A model generated the notes under the pieces. That model was not told where the DNA came from. It was given only the letters and a program-made list of their open reading frames with translations, and made no database searches. The position numbers were made by a program, and so were the translations under genes. A stretch of DNA of 64,000 bases from Eledone cirrhosa (taxonomy: Eukaryota): positions 29,822,001 through 29,886,000 of the forward strand of contig OZ024751.1 in assembly GCA_964016885.1 (NCBI GenBank), in the 5' to 3' direction. Each line of letters opens with the position of its first letter. Within the stretch, counting starts at the first letter, position 1. Shown here piece after piece: positions 24,701-39,637 of the stretch.

Positions 24701-25849
24701 CATACACGTGTGTATGTATGTATGTATATATATATATATATACATACACATGTATGTATGTATATATATATATATATACATACACATGTGTGTATGTATG
24801 TATATATATATATATATACATATACACGTGTGTGTGTATGAAAACTTAAGAATAGTTTTCTGAAGAGGAAAAGAATGGAACCACAGTAGTTAAATAAAGT
24901 ATTAAATACATCAGTAAAAAAGGTAGATATTTATTTCTATATATAATGTATATATATATATAATGTATATATATATATATATAATGTATATATATATATA
25001 TATAATAATACTTACTTAATCAACAATGTTGCTGTTTCATGCTCCCAGAGGAAAACATCTGTGTTCAGACATTGAGAAAAGATGGAATCCACCAAGCTTA
25101 AAATACCCAAGAAATGTCTTATGCCACTACAGCACCCCTTATGACTCCATCAGGAGTTATGAGACCATACATACATACCTATACGTACTCTCATATTGTG
25201 ACCCTAGATGAACCAACAATAAGTTTTAGTTTATCTTATTTAGCTGGTGTTGGGTATCTTCTGTCATATGGTGACCCTAATTTTATTTAGTGTCACTATA
25301 GCAACTTAATTCGCAAACCTACAATGAAATCTACTTTGGAATTATTTGAGAAATAAAACATATTAGAAAGATAGAAATTAAATGAAAATAACAACAAGAT
25401 GAAGTTATTTGTTTCTGATGAGAGAAAAAAAAAACTTTTGCAGTAGTATAATTGCTGGAAACCTCTTTGTTGTTGATTTTCTATAAATTCGACCTCAAGT
25501 TATAAAGGAAACTCTGTGAGGAAACAAGAACAATGGCTACTAAATTCTCTCAAGAATTCTCATTCAGAAAATCTTATCTATAGCTTTGGAGCTTCATCGT
25601 CGAACCAAAGCCTTTTCAAAACATTCTCTTTACAGAATTGTGCTGGTCTGAAAATGCTTTCATTTTACCCGTGTTTACTTAAAAGCAAGAAGGTTATACT
25701 AATGTCATCAGTTCTATAGGAACGAAAATGGTGCCAACTATTTGGTATTCATATATAATTTTATGGATATTTGTTAACTTCTGCCTTTACACACAAGTTT
25801 AATATTGAATAGAGGATAAAGGTAGTGAATGTTGTAAGGATATAGACGT

Positions 25850-25990
25850 GGTTAAGTTCAGTTGGCAATCATGAGGCATCAGGTTTGATCCCAAAAGGTG
25901 ACATCTTGAGCAAGTGCCTTTACCATAGACTCAGCACAATCTAAGCCATGTGAGTTAAATTTGATTGACAGAAACTGTTTGTAAGCCCAT
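25850..25990 (+). mobile_element. Degenerate tRNA-derived SINE
   Basis: GGTTTGATCCC B box, CTTGAGCAAGTG, GACAGAAACTG...AAGCCC. Confidence 0.55.
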
Positions 25991-27180
25991 TAAATGGATT
26001 GTACCTGACCTGTTTTTCAAAGATTGATTCTTGTCATATATTATGTTATGCTGGTTTAATTTGGACATTACATTAAGGTTATATATGTCTGTGGAATACT
26101 CAGCCACTTCTAAATTACATGATCGTACCTGTAATTCAAAGATCTAATCCTGTCACATATTATGTCATGCTTCTTCGGCTTGGGAAATACATTAACCCTT
26201 TAGCATTTAAACTGGCCAGAATTCTCTCAACTCTTTCTGTTCAAAACGATCATAACTGGCCACTCATACTGATGCTAAGGTATTGTTCTCAAAATAAACA
26301 ATATCAAAATCTCATAGATTCAATATTATGTCAGATAATTATGTGAGGTAAAGCCTTGACCACAATGGTAAATATAGAGTAATGTAATGGGTAAAGGGTA
26401 CATTTGTTTGTGGAATACTCAGCCACTTACAGTAAATTACAAGATATATCAAGCATATATTGAGCAATGACAATAGTTGGAATGAATTCTGTGTAGGGTG
26501 GACCACGTGATGTTGGGTAAGACTTAAACTGTACATGCTGCAACGTGACTGCTTATTCAAAGATTTAGCCTTATTACATATCAGTTCAAGGTGATTTACT
26601 TTGAGAATTATGTTAAGAGTACTCAAGATTTTGGAATACTCAACCATATACACTATAATACATGATGGATTGTACCTGTAATTCAAAGATGCCACCTATA
26701 TGATGTTTATATTCAACCAAACAGTAATAATATATCTCACTAATGGACACATAGATTCAATGGAATGGTTTTATCAATGTTTTAGAATATTTCAAGATAT
26801 ACAGGTTCCCTGTGTAAAGTGCCATTCTCATTTAAATTAAGAACTATCAGTAGCTACTAGAGAACTAACTCTGAAAATGTCTTGAAAGAATTCTACAGCT
26901 CTGCATGAAATTAGTTGGATAAAAGACATTTCTGTAAAGTATTTAAGTACTTCATAATGGATGTCTTTGCTATAATTAAGCAATTAGTTAATTGAGAACT
27001 TTTGAATATGCAAGTAAAATGTTAACATACTATGTTAAGCAGATTTCTAGTTGATATGTACTTGTGGATAGAATCTTATTATGCCTGAAATTTGGCATTC
27101 ATACTGAAGAAGTACATAATTAACTCTTAACGTCTTATACCACATGAAATTGCATTAGCAAGACATTATTGAAAAGTATA

Positions 27181-27562
27181 GGGCAATGGTTTGGCAGTAT
27201 CAGTAGAGCGTCGGGCAACATGCTTAGCAGCATAGAGTTATGGCCCTTTTTGCTCTGAGTTCAAATCCAGCCAAGGTTAGCTTTGCTTTTCATTCTTACG
27301 GGGTCGATAAAATATAGTAGCAGTAATGCACTGAGGTCGATTTCATTGACTTTCCCCTACCCCAAAATTGTTGGCCTTGTACCTGAACCAGAACCCATTA
27401 TTGTTATTATTATTTATTATGGCTAAGCATAGTTTCGTCCCTTTACGATCTGAGTTCAAATCCCGCCAAGGTTAACTTTGCCTTTCATCCTTACGGGGTC
27501 GATAAAATAAAGTACCAGTAATTTACTGGTGAATTGCTGGCCTTGTGCCAAAAGTAGAAACA
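27181..27562 (+). mobile_element. Two tandem SINE family 2 copies; second has a 19-bp TSD
   Basis: [22 protein letters not shown] at 27409-27427 and 27563-27581. Confidence 0.87.
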
Positions 27563-27912
27563 ATTATTTATTATGGCTAAGTATTGTTACTCTGGAGTTT
27601 CACCTGTGTACTTCCAGGATCATTAGACACATCAGATATCGAAATCAAGCCTTGAACAGTTCTGTATGAAGAAGATACAGTCACCAGATCTGACAACTTA
27701 TCTAACCCAAGCTAGCATGGATAAATAGACATTAATCGATGATGATGATGAACCAATATTTGAACATTGGTCAGAATAAATCTGTTTATAATAATATATA
27801 TAATGATAAATATTACTAAGAATACAATACAATGATTATAGCATATTTTCACCATAAGACTAAACTGTCAATAATAGCGAATTGTGCTATTACATCTTCT
27901 CGTACATGTGTA

Positions 27913-27959
<47 letters not shown>

Positions 27960-28480
27960 TACATACACATATATATATATTAATCATCATTGTCATCATC
28001 ATTATCATCATTTTAACATCTGCTAAAACCATGAAATATACTGGAACTAGCTGTTGAAATGACAAGAGCTCAGCCATGTATAGATGTATCATCATCATCA
28101 TCATCGTTTAACGTCCATTTTCCATGTGCACACAAACATATATACACATACTGGTACAAATACATATATGCATACTCACATACATACACATATAAATAAA
28201 TATATGTAACTGTATTCGACTATATATATATATGTATGTGCGTGTGTGAGTGTGTGTATATATATACATATATGGTTGTGTGTGTGTATATATATATATA
28301 TGTGTGTGCGTGTGTGAGTGTGTGTATATATATACATATATGGTTGTGTGTGTGTATATATATATATATGTGTGTGCGTGTGTGAGTGTGTGTATATATA
28401 TACATATATGGTTGTGTGTGTGTATATATATATATATGTGTGTGTATATATATATATATGTGTATGTATATATATATGTA

Positions 28481-29010
28481 TCAGGTCGCTCTTCAGCTGT
28501 ACTGGTAACAGGTAACCGAGTACAACCTGTGCATGGTCAGGTTGTCGGCGACGAAACCAGCAACTCCACCAAGCTTGCTTGGTGAGGAGGGTGAATTTGG
28601 GTACCTAGCAGGATGAAACACAAACCCTGTCAAAGGGCGGAGGAACTCAGCAGAATCAAAGGACATCCAATAAAGTTTATTTTTTTCTTGGAGTGAGAGA
28701 CTCATTAAGACATCTCCCTAGGAGAAGGCCTCTCTGATATAAAACCTGCATCTTTGTTTGCATCCAATAATGTGGACTAGTTATTCTTTTGGGGGCAAAT
28801 GCATTCGATAATCAGAGAGTGGGATTGGCTCTGTGCAAAACCTTTCCTCACTTAAAAAAGCTTCAAGCACAGGCATCGCTTGATATGTGACATTTATTGC
28901 GATGCATGGCATTGCTTGCCATGGGTAAGTCCCTAACAGGACTAAAAAGCCACGTCTGTGATGCTCACACTTAAGTATCAAGTGATGGCATTACTCAAAA
29001 TCGAGTTGCA

Positions 29011-29018
<8 letters not shown>
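28481..29018 (+). mobile_element. Short LINE derivative: GC-rich putative 5' UTR joined to a 3' end homologous to 11140-11356
   Basis: [10 protein letters not shown] remnant and GATGGCATTACTCAAAATCGAGTTGCAGCCATCATAT tail; flanked by (TA)n. Confidence 0.55.
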
Positions 29019-29068
<50 letters not shown>

Positions 29069-29621
29069 GCACATATATTCAGTTATATATATATATGTGT
29101 GTGTGTGTTTGAGTGTATACATATATATGTGTGTGTATGTTTGTGTGTATACATATATATGTGTATATATCTGTGCATATATACATATATATATATAATC
29201 AGTTCCTGTGCCACTCTTGCCTTGCAAGCAGGGAAAAGCGGACGTAAAATGAAAAAATTGAAATGATATATATACACGCACACACAAACATATATATATA
29301 TATTTACACACGTTTGTATGCATATTTATGCAAATATAACGATATGGCTATGCAAAGTCATATGTTGCAATATAACAGTCGTTATATAAAATATAAACTG
29401 ATATTTTATGGTGCTAGATATATTCTTTGTTAGCCATTTATTTTTTACAAACTCGTAGGAAAAAAAAAAAACTTTTGTGTGAAATGATTTTTCAACTTAT
29501 GTTCTCCAATTCTTTTGACCAATGACCAATATTAATTCTTCAATTGAGGAAAAAAATTCTTTCTGTTCTTTATAGAATTTTATTAGTTTCATATTCATAT
29601 TTTTCGCTCTATATATATATA

Positions 29622-29686
<65 letters not shown>

Positions 29687-30240
29687 GCTTATATATATAT
29701 ATAAGCACATATTTTCATCTTTTCATATATATAATTATATAAACATACATACATATTTTCAGATACAATACACACATTTTTTCCCTCTAACTTATGTATA
29801 TATATATATATATATATGCACAGATATAAAGCAAATATTTTTCTTTGTATACATATCTGTTTTGCAATCTGCTGTTTTGTTGTTGTTGTTATTTTCATGT
29901 CTATTTTATCTAAGCATTTGTTTTTTAAATAATACTAATAATAATAACAATAATAACAACAACAACACCAAGAACAACGATGACAATAAAGAAATGTTAG
30001 CTTCAAACTTTTTTTTTCCCTTGCAGAAAACAACATTCAGTTTGACTTCACTATAATACATACATACATATATACCCCCCAAAAAATATATAAGATAATA
30101 AACCTAAACTAAGATAAGTGCCAAGAGTTACTTTATGAATTTACGAGTATTCTTTGCTTGACTGTTTATGAGTATTGTTACGGGGAGTTCCTTCAGACAT
30201 TTTGTGCTCTGGCATAGAGGATACAATAAAAATGATACAA

Positions 30241-30289
<49 letters not shown>

Positions 30290-30875
30290 AAAAATATATG
30301 GAAAAAATATTATCTTTTATCGCTGCATGTAATTAATAGTTAAAAAATGTTGATTTTCTTTCTATATTTTTTTTTTTGATTTTTCACACATATTTTCTCT
30401 ATAATTAGAGGGGAACGAAAATCATAAACTTTATGCACTGGACAAAATATTTCTTCCTCTTCATTCTCGTTACTACTTCTCTCCCTCATCATCTTCTTCA
30501 TCACCTCTGCTTCTCTCCCTTCCTTACCTTCCTCTCCTCTCTTCTCCTCTCTGTATTATTATCATTATTATTATTATCATTATTATTATTATTATTATTT
30601 GTACATTGTGGCATTTTTGTTGGAAGATATCAGCAAGATGTTAAGAATTTTGTTGGGTGAGGTGGGGGCATTGTGTTGTAGTTGTTGTTCTTGTTCTTGT
30701 TACTTTAGTTGATTTTATTTATTTATTATTGTTGTTTTTTTCAAAACAACTGCATTTGTGAATAACGACTCACATATATACAATTGTCACAAATACAGAA
30801 GAAGAAAGAAGAATGTAAGAATTTAAGAGAATATTTATATATCTATATAAATGTCACATTTTTGTATACATACAT

Positions 30876-30930
<55 letters not shown>

Positions 30931-30942
30931 CATATATATGTG

Positions 30943-31001
<59 letters not shown>

Positions 31002-31079
31002 TTACATACATACATATATATATATATGAATAAACACGTATTCGTTTAAGTGTCTTTCTATATATCTCTGGAGTTATGG

Positions 31080-31133
<54 letters not shown>

Positions 31134-31616
31134 TATGGCTGAATGGATCATCTTATTTCATTTTTCAAGGGATAAGCAACTTATACTGACAAAATAAAAT
31201 TCTCATATTATTGGTAAACAATTATTTACATTAAAAATAACAAAAAGAAAATAAACTGATCTCAAAGAAAAATATTCGAAATATAAAAACATATTGCCAA
31301 GAATTAAATACCTGATCTTTTTATTTTCCTAACTATATATAGGTGTGTGTCTGTGTATAAATACATATATGTATATCTGTATGTGTGTATACATTTATAT
31401 ATATATATATATGTATGTGTGTATATATATATGTATTCATATATATATGTGTGTGTTTATATATGTATATATATATGCATGTGTGTGTGTGTATTTATAT
31501 ATGTATATAAATATGTGTATATATCGGATATATGTGTATATATAAGTGTGTATTTATATATGTGTATATATATGTGTGTATTTATATATGTATATATATA
31601 TATGTGTGTCCGTGTG

Positions 31617-31659
<43 letters not shown>

Positions 31660-32224
31660 ATTTTATACACTACAATCATGTCTGTAAGTTTTGGCACCAG
31701 TTTTTCATTTTCCAAATAAGTTGAATTTTATTAGAGAAGTTCAGTATTTTATCTTGCGTGTTCATGTGTGTGTAATGGTTGTTCCATATATGTGAATGTT
31801 GTGAATAGTCTTGTCTTTATCACATCTTAATTTGTGGAACCCTTTATATACTTGTATGTATATATTCTATACACTACAAAAAGCACCTGGTCCACCCTAT
31901 AAAGTGGGCATATATATATCTGATGAACGAAATCAGACGTTTCTGTTAGAACTGTCTAACTTCACAAAACCTTGGGTAATGGAATAATTATATTGTGTTG
32001 TTTATTATATAATTAAAGAAATAACTAAATACATAAAAGAAAATATATATATAAGAGAGAGAGAGTGATTGAGTGATTGAGAGAGAGAGAGAGAGAGAGA
32101 GAGAGCGACTGAGAGAGAGATTGAGTGGAGTTACCAGTTTAGACTAAGACCATTGTTCTACCATTCTAAAAATCTGCCACCATTCTGATATTCTCCTATT
32201 CTGACTAATTCTCTTGCTCTCCCA

Positions 32225-32372
32225 TTCTGGCAATCTCTCATTCTGACAATCTCTCATTCTGACAATCTCTCATTCTGACAATCTCTCATTCTGACAATCT
32301 CTCATTCTGACAATCTCTCATTCTGACAATCTCTCATTCTGACAATCTCTCATTCTGACAATCTCCTATTCT
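32225..32372. repeat. 16-bp tandem repeat
   Basis: CTGACAATCTCTCATT, about 9 copies. Confidence 0.93.
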
Positions 32373-33344
32373 GGCACTCTTCCATTCTCATACTCTTCTT
32401 CCATTCTGACAATCTTCTGTCCTTGATTGCTACTTTATTTATCAATCCTAAAAAGATGAAAGCCAAAGTGAATTTCAGTAAGATTTGAACACAGAGTGTG
32501 CAGAACACTGGAACAAATACCACAAGATATTTTCTATACATATTCAAGGTAATTCAATGCTTGTTGAAGGGTTTCACTGTTTGTTCATGCTTCAGTTGTT
32601 TGGTGTAAGAAAGGACATCCAGCCATCCTGCCCCAATGATAAAGCATTTTGCTTGAGTAATTTTTTGTGAAAATATCAGAAAGTGAAAAATATCTACCTT
32701 ATGTTGGAAGAGAGAAAAAAAAACTCTTTAAAACACACAAAATATTTTGCTTGGGTGTAGGTTGACATCACTGAAAATGAAGGATTTCTTTTTTCTTTCT
32801 CAATAGAGAATGGACTTTGGTGGCTCTACCATGGCTCACTGCCACTACATCACCCATAAGTATTAGAGGGGAGGGACAAAAAGAAACACAAAAAATACCT
32901 AATAATGGGATATAGTTGTATTATTTAAAGGTCTGTTGCTTTCTCTTTAGGCTATATCAACTAAATATGCTGCGTACTGTGTTTTTCCTTTTTTTTTTTT
33001 CCATTTTATTCTTTATTTTATTTATATATTTTTTTGTTGAAGCCCTCCCACATCACTTAATAATTCATGTTTTGCCATATTATGTCACTGATGAAGAAAT
33101 ATGTAAACAAATTCATAGTTTTTTGGGTTTTTTTTTTTTTAGTTAAGTTTTTGACCTATGTATAGAAGAAATCCCCAAGAAAAACATGACAAAAATATAG
33201 GAAGAGAAAGAGAGAGAGAGAGTGAGAAAGAGAGTGAGAAAGAGAGAGAGAGAGAGAGAGTGATACATGACCAATATTTTAGCTACTCGGTCAAATAGAA
33301 AGATTTTATGCTTACTGCCGGCCCCTGAAACAGAGATGAACTGC

Positions 33345-33377
<33 letters not shown>

Positions 33378-33642
33378 AGTGTGTGGGTGTGTATGTGTGT
33401 CTATATGTGAGTGTCTGTGCATGTTTTTGTGTATATATGTGGCTATATGTGGCTGTGTGTGCACATGTGTGTGTGTATGTTTGTACATGACTGTGTACAT
33501 GTGTGTGTTCAAGGAAGGAAGCTGTTTTAGAAGAATTCATTTTCATTTATCTTCCTTTTAGTTTGGTTGTGGAAGGGAAGTGTTTATTGAAGCATTCTAT
33601 GAATATATATATATATATACACACATATATGTATATATTTAC

Positions 33643-33673
<31 letters not shown>

Positions 33674-33985
33674 TATGTATATATTTACATATATACATCT
33701 TTACACATACACACATATATATACATACACATATATGTATATATATATATGTATACACACATATACACATATGTACACACACACACACATCTATATATAA
33801 ATATACACATATACACTCACACACTGAGGCCACCCCAACAAGCCAATAGTGTATGTTCTTTGTTCTTATGTTAGTTAAAGATTGTTCAACTTTCTTTTTA
33901 TATAACCAATGGGCTGACTACAAAACAAAAATATTTAAGTAAAAAAACAACATATTACATATATATGTGTGCGTATGTGTAGCTG

Positions 33986-34042
<57 letters not shown>

Positions 34043-34664
34043 TTATATATTTATATTGAATTATATATTTTTTTTATCGTTCTACATTATTGGTTAAAAT
34101 TGATTATTGATTTGGGTTCTACCATAGATATATTGCCCTCACCCTGACATATCTAGCTAGGAACAGTTTTTTTTTCCTGGTCCACATCTATTGTTTTTTG
34201 CAAAAATATATATTTTTTCATATATTTTTTGGTTCTTTTGTTTTTGCATTTTTTTTTAGGGTTTCTTGTTTGTTTTTTGTAGTAAGAACCTAAGAATAAT
34301 GTCGTAAAGCAATAAAATATCAATCAACTGTATGTTTGTGGCCCTTTAGCTTGAACTAATTAAGTTTCCCCCTGATGTGCAGATATGTCAGAGAAGAGAG
34401 GAAAGTCTGATCTATATATTTTCTCATACAACAAATTGGTTGCCTTGCTACATTGATCTAGAAGATAGAAAAATACATAAAAATTATCTGATCAAATGCT
34501 TGGCCTTTCCTCTCCTCCTTTACATACACCATCTCTCTCTGCCTACCTACCTATACACACACCACACACTCACAAAATGTTGCAATGTCAGATATGGCTT
34601 TACTTTTGATCCGTTACACCAGAACATTACTAGTATTTAATTCATCAACCCTCCACCCATATCT

Positions 34665-35250
34665 AGTACTGGTTCCATCATAAAATTGCACCCAGCTGAC
34701 TCTGTAAAGTGGTAGTGCTAGTATCACAATAAAAAAGCACCCACCCAACTCTGTAAACTGGTTCCACAATAAAAATGAATCCAGCCTGCTTTGTAAAGTG
34801 ATAGTGCAGGTGCCATGATAAAATACACCCAGCCCACTTTGTAAAGTGATAGAGCTGGTCTCATAATGAAAATACACCCAGTCCACTTTGTAAAGTGATA
34901 GTGCTGGTCCCATAATGAAAATACACCCAGTCCACTTTGTAAAGTGATAGTGCTGGTCCCATAATGAAAATACACCCAGCCCACTTTGTAAAGTGATAGT
35001 GCTGGTCCCATAATGAAAATACACCCAGTCCACTTTGTAAAATGATAGAGCTGGTGCCATAATAAAAAGCACCTAGCCCACTTTGTAAAGTGATAGAGCT
35101 GGTCCCATAATGAAAATACACCCAGTCCACTTTGTAAAATGATAGAGCTGGTGCCATAATAAAAAGCACCCAGTCAACTTTGTGAGATAGTAGTGCTGGT
35201 GTTACAACAACAACAAAAAGTACTTAGTCCAACCTGTAAGGTGGTAGTGC
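34665..35250. repeat. 49-bp minisatellite related to the SINE family 1 / RTE 3' UTR internal segment
   Basis: GTAAAGTGATAGTGCTGGTCCCATAATGAAAATACACCCAGTCCACTTT tandem. Confidence 0.9.
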
Positions 35251-35589
35251 TGATTAAATGCTTGCACTACATGCTGTAAAGTGGATGGCATTTTGAAGGC
35301 CACCGAACCATGGATACCTGGCCAAATTAGAATGTATGAGTAAGATATGATAACTTGACTGGTCTACCTTCAGAATGTGTCTGTGGAATGTATATATGTA
35401 TCATCATCATCATCGTTTAATGTCTATTTTCAATGATAGCATGGGTTAGACGGGTTGTCCCATTTGAGGCAAGTCAGGTTAGGTGTCTGTATCTTGTTCA
35501 TACAAAACTGCTTCTGGGTTGGTTTCTATGGTTGGATGCCCTCCCTAACACCAACCACATTTACAGTGTGGACTGGGTGTGTATATATA

Positions 35590-35870
35590 TCATCATCATC
35601 ATCATCATCACCGTTTTACATCCGTTCTTCCGCACTAGCATGGGTTAGACGGGTTGTCCTGTTGTGGGCAGTAGCCGGTCAGCTCACCATGTCTTGCTCA
35701 TATGGGAACTGATTCTGGCTTGCTTTCTACAGCTTGATGCCCTTCCTAACACCAACCTCATTTACAGTGAGTGCTGGGTGCTTTGTTGCCATGGCACCTC
35801 CACGACCACTTTGCAGTGGGAGGGGGTGGAGGCATATTGTCTATATGCTTCAGCTTCGGTTTGTACCCTT
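35590..35870 (-). mobile_element. 3' UTR of the RTE LINE seen at 3440-4431
   Basis: Reverse complement matches about 4123-4431, including GCTGAAGCATATA...ATATGCC. Confidence 0.85.
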
Positions 35871-35926
35871 ATATATATATATATATATGTGTGTATTGAT
35901 GTATGATGTATGTATATATTTATGTA

Positions 35927-35958
<32 letters not shown>

Positions 35959-35966
35959 AAGAGATA

Positions 35967-36023
<57 letters not shown>

Positions 36024-36046
36024 ATATATATATATAATGTGTGTGT

Positions 36047-36080
<34 letters not shown>

Positions 36081-36163
36081 ATGTATATATATATGTATAT
36101 GTGTGTATATATATATATATGTGTGTATATATATATGGATGTGTGTATGTATGATTATATATA

Positions 36164-36198
<35 letters not shown>

Positions 36199-37089
36199 TG
36201 CATGTTTCAAAGTGTGTATTAATGTCTTAACGAAAGCCTCCATCATATATTCCCTGTGTGTAGATGTAAGTATATTTTTCTTCTCTTCAAGAATCAATAC
36301 ACAACACACGCTTTGTTGCTGTAAGGGACACACACTCACTCACACTCATCCACACACACACACACACTCACTCATCCACACACACACACACTCATTCACA
36401 TGCACACACACACACACACACATACTCACTGTCACATTCAGTCTTTCACATATATATATTTATCAACATGTAACAGATATCTGCCTTGTGGAGGTGCAGC
36501 ACACTTCATTTTGTGCCAAAGTGTTGTAAATAGAGGCGTGAGAAAGCAGCAGTTGTGAGTAAGGTATTTACCAAAGACTTATATAGAAATAGCTAGCACT
36601 TATACTGGCCATAACAGCCTTGTACTTAAGCCTGACAATAGATCACCATTGTCTCGGCAACCTGACTACAATCTGTTTTATATACATACACAGACTTAGG
36701 GGCTGAAGGGAAAAACTTGTATTTCCTCGCCCCACTCCACACCGCATCACCCCGGGCCACTCCACTACACCACACACCAGTTGTTAACTCAATTTAGTAT
36801 GATAAATGACAGTTATTTCATGACCACAGTTCAATTAGTAACTGATGAAAATGTTATATGGCTAGTAGAGAAGCAAGACCAAAGAACACTATTAACAACA
36901 ACAATTCTTATTTTAACCCTTTTATTACTGTATTTCTAACAAAAGACACTACTGGGGTTTTCAAGTAATTTTGAAAATGAAGAATTTGAAGGGATTTAGT
37001 AACATAAATAACTTTCTCTTTATTAAGATGGTTTCTGTTTTAGACTCAAGGCCAACAATTTTGGCTTGATAAAATAAAGTACGCCATCA

Positions 37090-37625
37090 CTGGTAATTTA
37101 TTTTATCAACCCCCCTTAAGGATGAAAGGCAAAACTAACCTCAGTGGGATTTGAACGCAGAACATAAAGGGCTATAACTCTATGCCACAAAGCATTTTGT
37201 CTAACACCCTACCGATTCTGCCAATCCACTGCCCTTATATAATATTATAATTGTTTCTGATTTAGGCACAAGGCTAACAGTTTAGGGGAGAAGAAAATCG
37301 ATTAAATCGACCCCAGAGTGTTACTGGTACTTTATTTTATCAACCCTGTAAGGCTGAAAGGCAAAGCTAACCTTGATGGGATTTGAACTCAGAACATAAA
37401 GGGCCGTAACTTTATGCCACAAAGCATGTCGGATGCCCTACTGACACTGCTAATTCACTGCCCTTACATAGCATTATAATTGTTTCTACATTTGGCACAA
37501 GGCCAGTGTATTACTGGTACTTTATTTTATCGACCCCGAAAGGATGAAAGGCAAAGTTAACCTCGGCGGGATTTGAACTCAGAATGGCAAGGGCCGTAAC
37601 TCTATGCTGCAAAGCATGACGTCCG
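37090..37625 (-). mobile_element. Three tandem SINE family 2 copies
   Basis: Repeated GGATGAAAGGCAAA...GGGATTTGAAC blocks. Confidence 0.85.
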
Positions 37626-37997
37626 AGAAACACTTTAATTCCTTTACCATTGTAAAGAAACAAAACCAAAATAACAGCAACAATATTTTTTGAACCATTC
37701 TTTTCTTAGCATATTTCTAATGAAAGACATGGCCTTTGATTTTGAAGATAAAGAATTTGGGGTGATATAGTAATATAACTAATATTCTTATTAAGTTGGT
37801 GTTTAGAACATAACTTAACAAAGGTTCTTACATAATTTATGATGAATGGTTTTTAGATAAATGTAAGTATTGTACACACACACACATACAAACATGCACA
37901 CATATACACACACTGTATTATTGAAACTCTTTAATTCCAGACACAGACACACACATAAATATGCACACACACACACATTCAGACATTATATTACTGA

Positions 37998-38455
37998 CAG
38001 TGGATTAGCAGTATCGGTAGAGGGTCGGACGTCATGCTTTGACGCATAGAGTTACGGCCCTTGCCATTTTGAGTTCAAATCCCGCCGAGGTTAACTTTGC
38101 CTTTCATCCTTACGGGGCCGATAAAATAAAGTACCTGAGTTCAAATCCCACAAAGGTTGATAAAATAAAGTACCAGTCACATACTAGGGTTGATATAATC
38201 AACGTTTCCCTCCTTAAAATTTCTGGCCCTGTATCTAAATCAGAAACCATTATTGCTAGAGTAAAGGCGGTGGATTGGCAGTATCAGTAGAGGGTCGGAC
38301 ACCATGCTTTCCAGCATAGTTACGTCCCTTTACGATCTGAGTTCAAATCCCACCGAGGTTGACTTTGCCTTTCATCCTTACGGGGTTGATAAAATAAAGT
38401 ACCAGTAATGCACTGGGTAATTGCTGGCCTTGTGCCTAAAGTAGAAACAATTATT
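37998..38455 (+). mobile_element. Two SINE family 2 copies
   Basis: Head and body repeated; near-TSD ATTATT(G/A)CTAGAGTA around the second copy. Confidence 0.85.
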
Positions 38456-38911
38456 ACTAGAGTATCCAAGGTTTTTTTCCCAGCCTCCATTGTATATATT
38501 ACAGATGTCCACTCACTGTGTGTGTATGTATGTGTATGTGTCTATATGTTTATATGTGTGTATGTTTTACAGTGTTCTGTTTCACTGTTAACTCAGCAAA
38601 CATGCCTTTGTTGCTTAGTTTACACTGTTTGTTCTTCATTGTTACCTCTCTATATTGGTGTGTATATATATAATATATATAATATATAATATATATATAT
38701 ATATATATATCTACATGAGTGTATGTTTGTATAGATGTAGGCATATATTTTGGTTTATATGAATGCATGTGTGTGTGTATATATATAGGTATATGTGTCT
38801 ATCTATATGTATGTGTTTCTTTATATGTATACATGTATGTTTGTGTAGATGTATATTTTTGTTTATATGAACGCATTTATGTTTGCATATGTGAAATATA
38901 TGATATGTGTG

Positions 38912-38968
<57 letters not shown>

Positions 38969-39247
38969 TTGTGGGGGGGAGGGGGTTAACTTTTACAGGA
39001 ACTGTCAAGACACACCTGATATGACAACAGCAAACACAGGAGAAACACAATTTAGCTTCCATCATCATCTTGTTATTATTATTTTGTTACTTAGAATTTA
39101 TAAGTAGTGAAATAGTAGTGTACCATGAATAATGTATGAGTTCAATACTTTGGCTATTTCTTCCACTATTTCTCTATATCTCTATATTCAAGCTACGAGA
39201 GAGAAGGGCCCCTTAGTCACAAATTCTGTGTACTTGTTACAGCTTAA

Positions 39248-39637
39248 CCCTTTATCATTTACATTATTAGGGCGGTGGATTGGCAGTATCGGTAGAGAGT
39301 ACGGCCCTTTTTATGGTCTGAGTTCAAATCCCGCCAAGGTTAACTTTGCCTTTCATCCTTACGGGTGTCGATAAAATAAAGTACCAGTAATATACTGGGT
39401 AATTGCTGGCCTTGTGCCAAAAGTAGAAACAATTATTCTATATTTACTATTGTATTTTCATAGTAAAGGCTTTACCTTACATAATTATCTCACATAATAT
39501 TGAATCTATGAGATTTTGATGTTAGTTATTTTGAGAACAATACCTTAACATCAGTATGAGTGGCCAGTTATAGCCAGTTTGAACAGAAAGAGGTGAGAAA
39601 ATTCTGGCTGGATACGGCTGGTTTAAATGCTAAAGGG
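39248..39637. mobile_element. piggyBac-like MITE (TTAA TSD, CCCTTTA TIR) with a SINE family 2 insertion at about 39270-39437
   Basis: TTAA|CCCTTTATCATTTA ... TAAATGCTAAAGGG|TTAA; related end at about 26192 (TTAACCCTTTAGCATTTAAA). Confidence 0.75.

Noticed and set aside
31921-31945. CTGATGAACGAAATCAG
   Set aside because: No stem II; it forms a simple CTGAT/ATCAG hairpin.
33086-33110. CTGATGAAGAAATATGTA hammerhead-like string
   Set aside because: No stem II between the core halves and no stem I.
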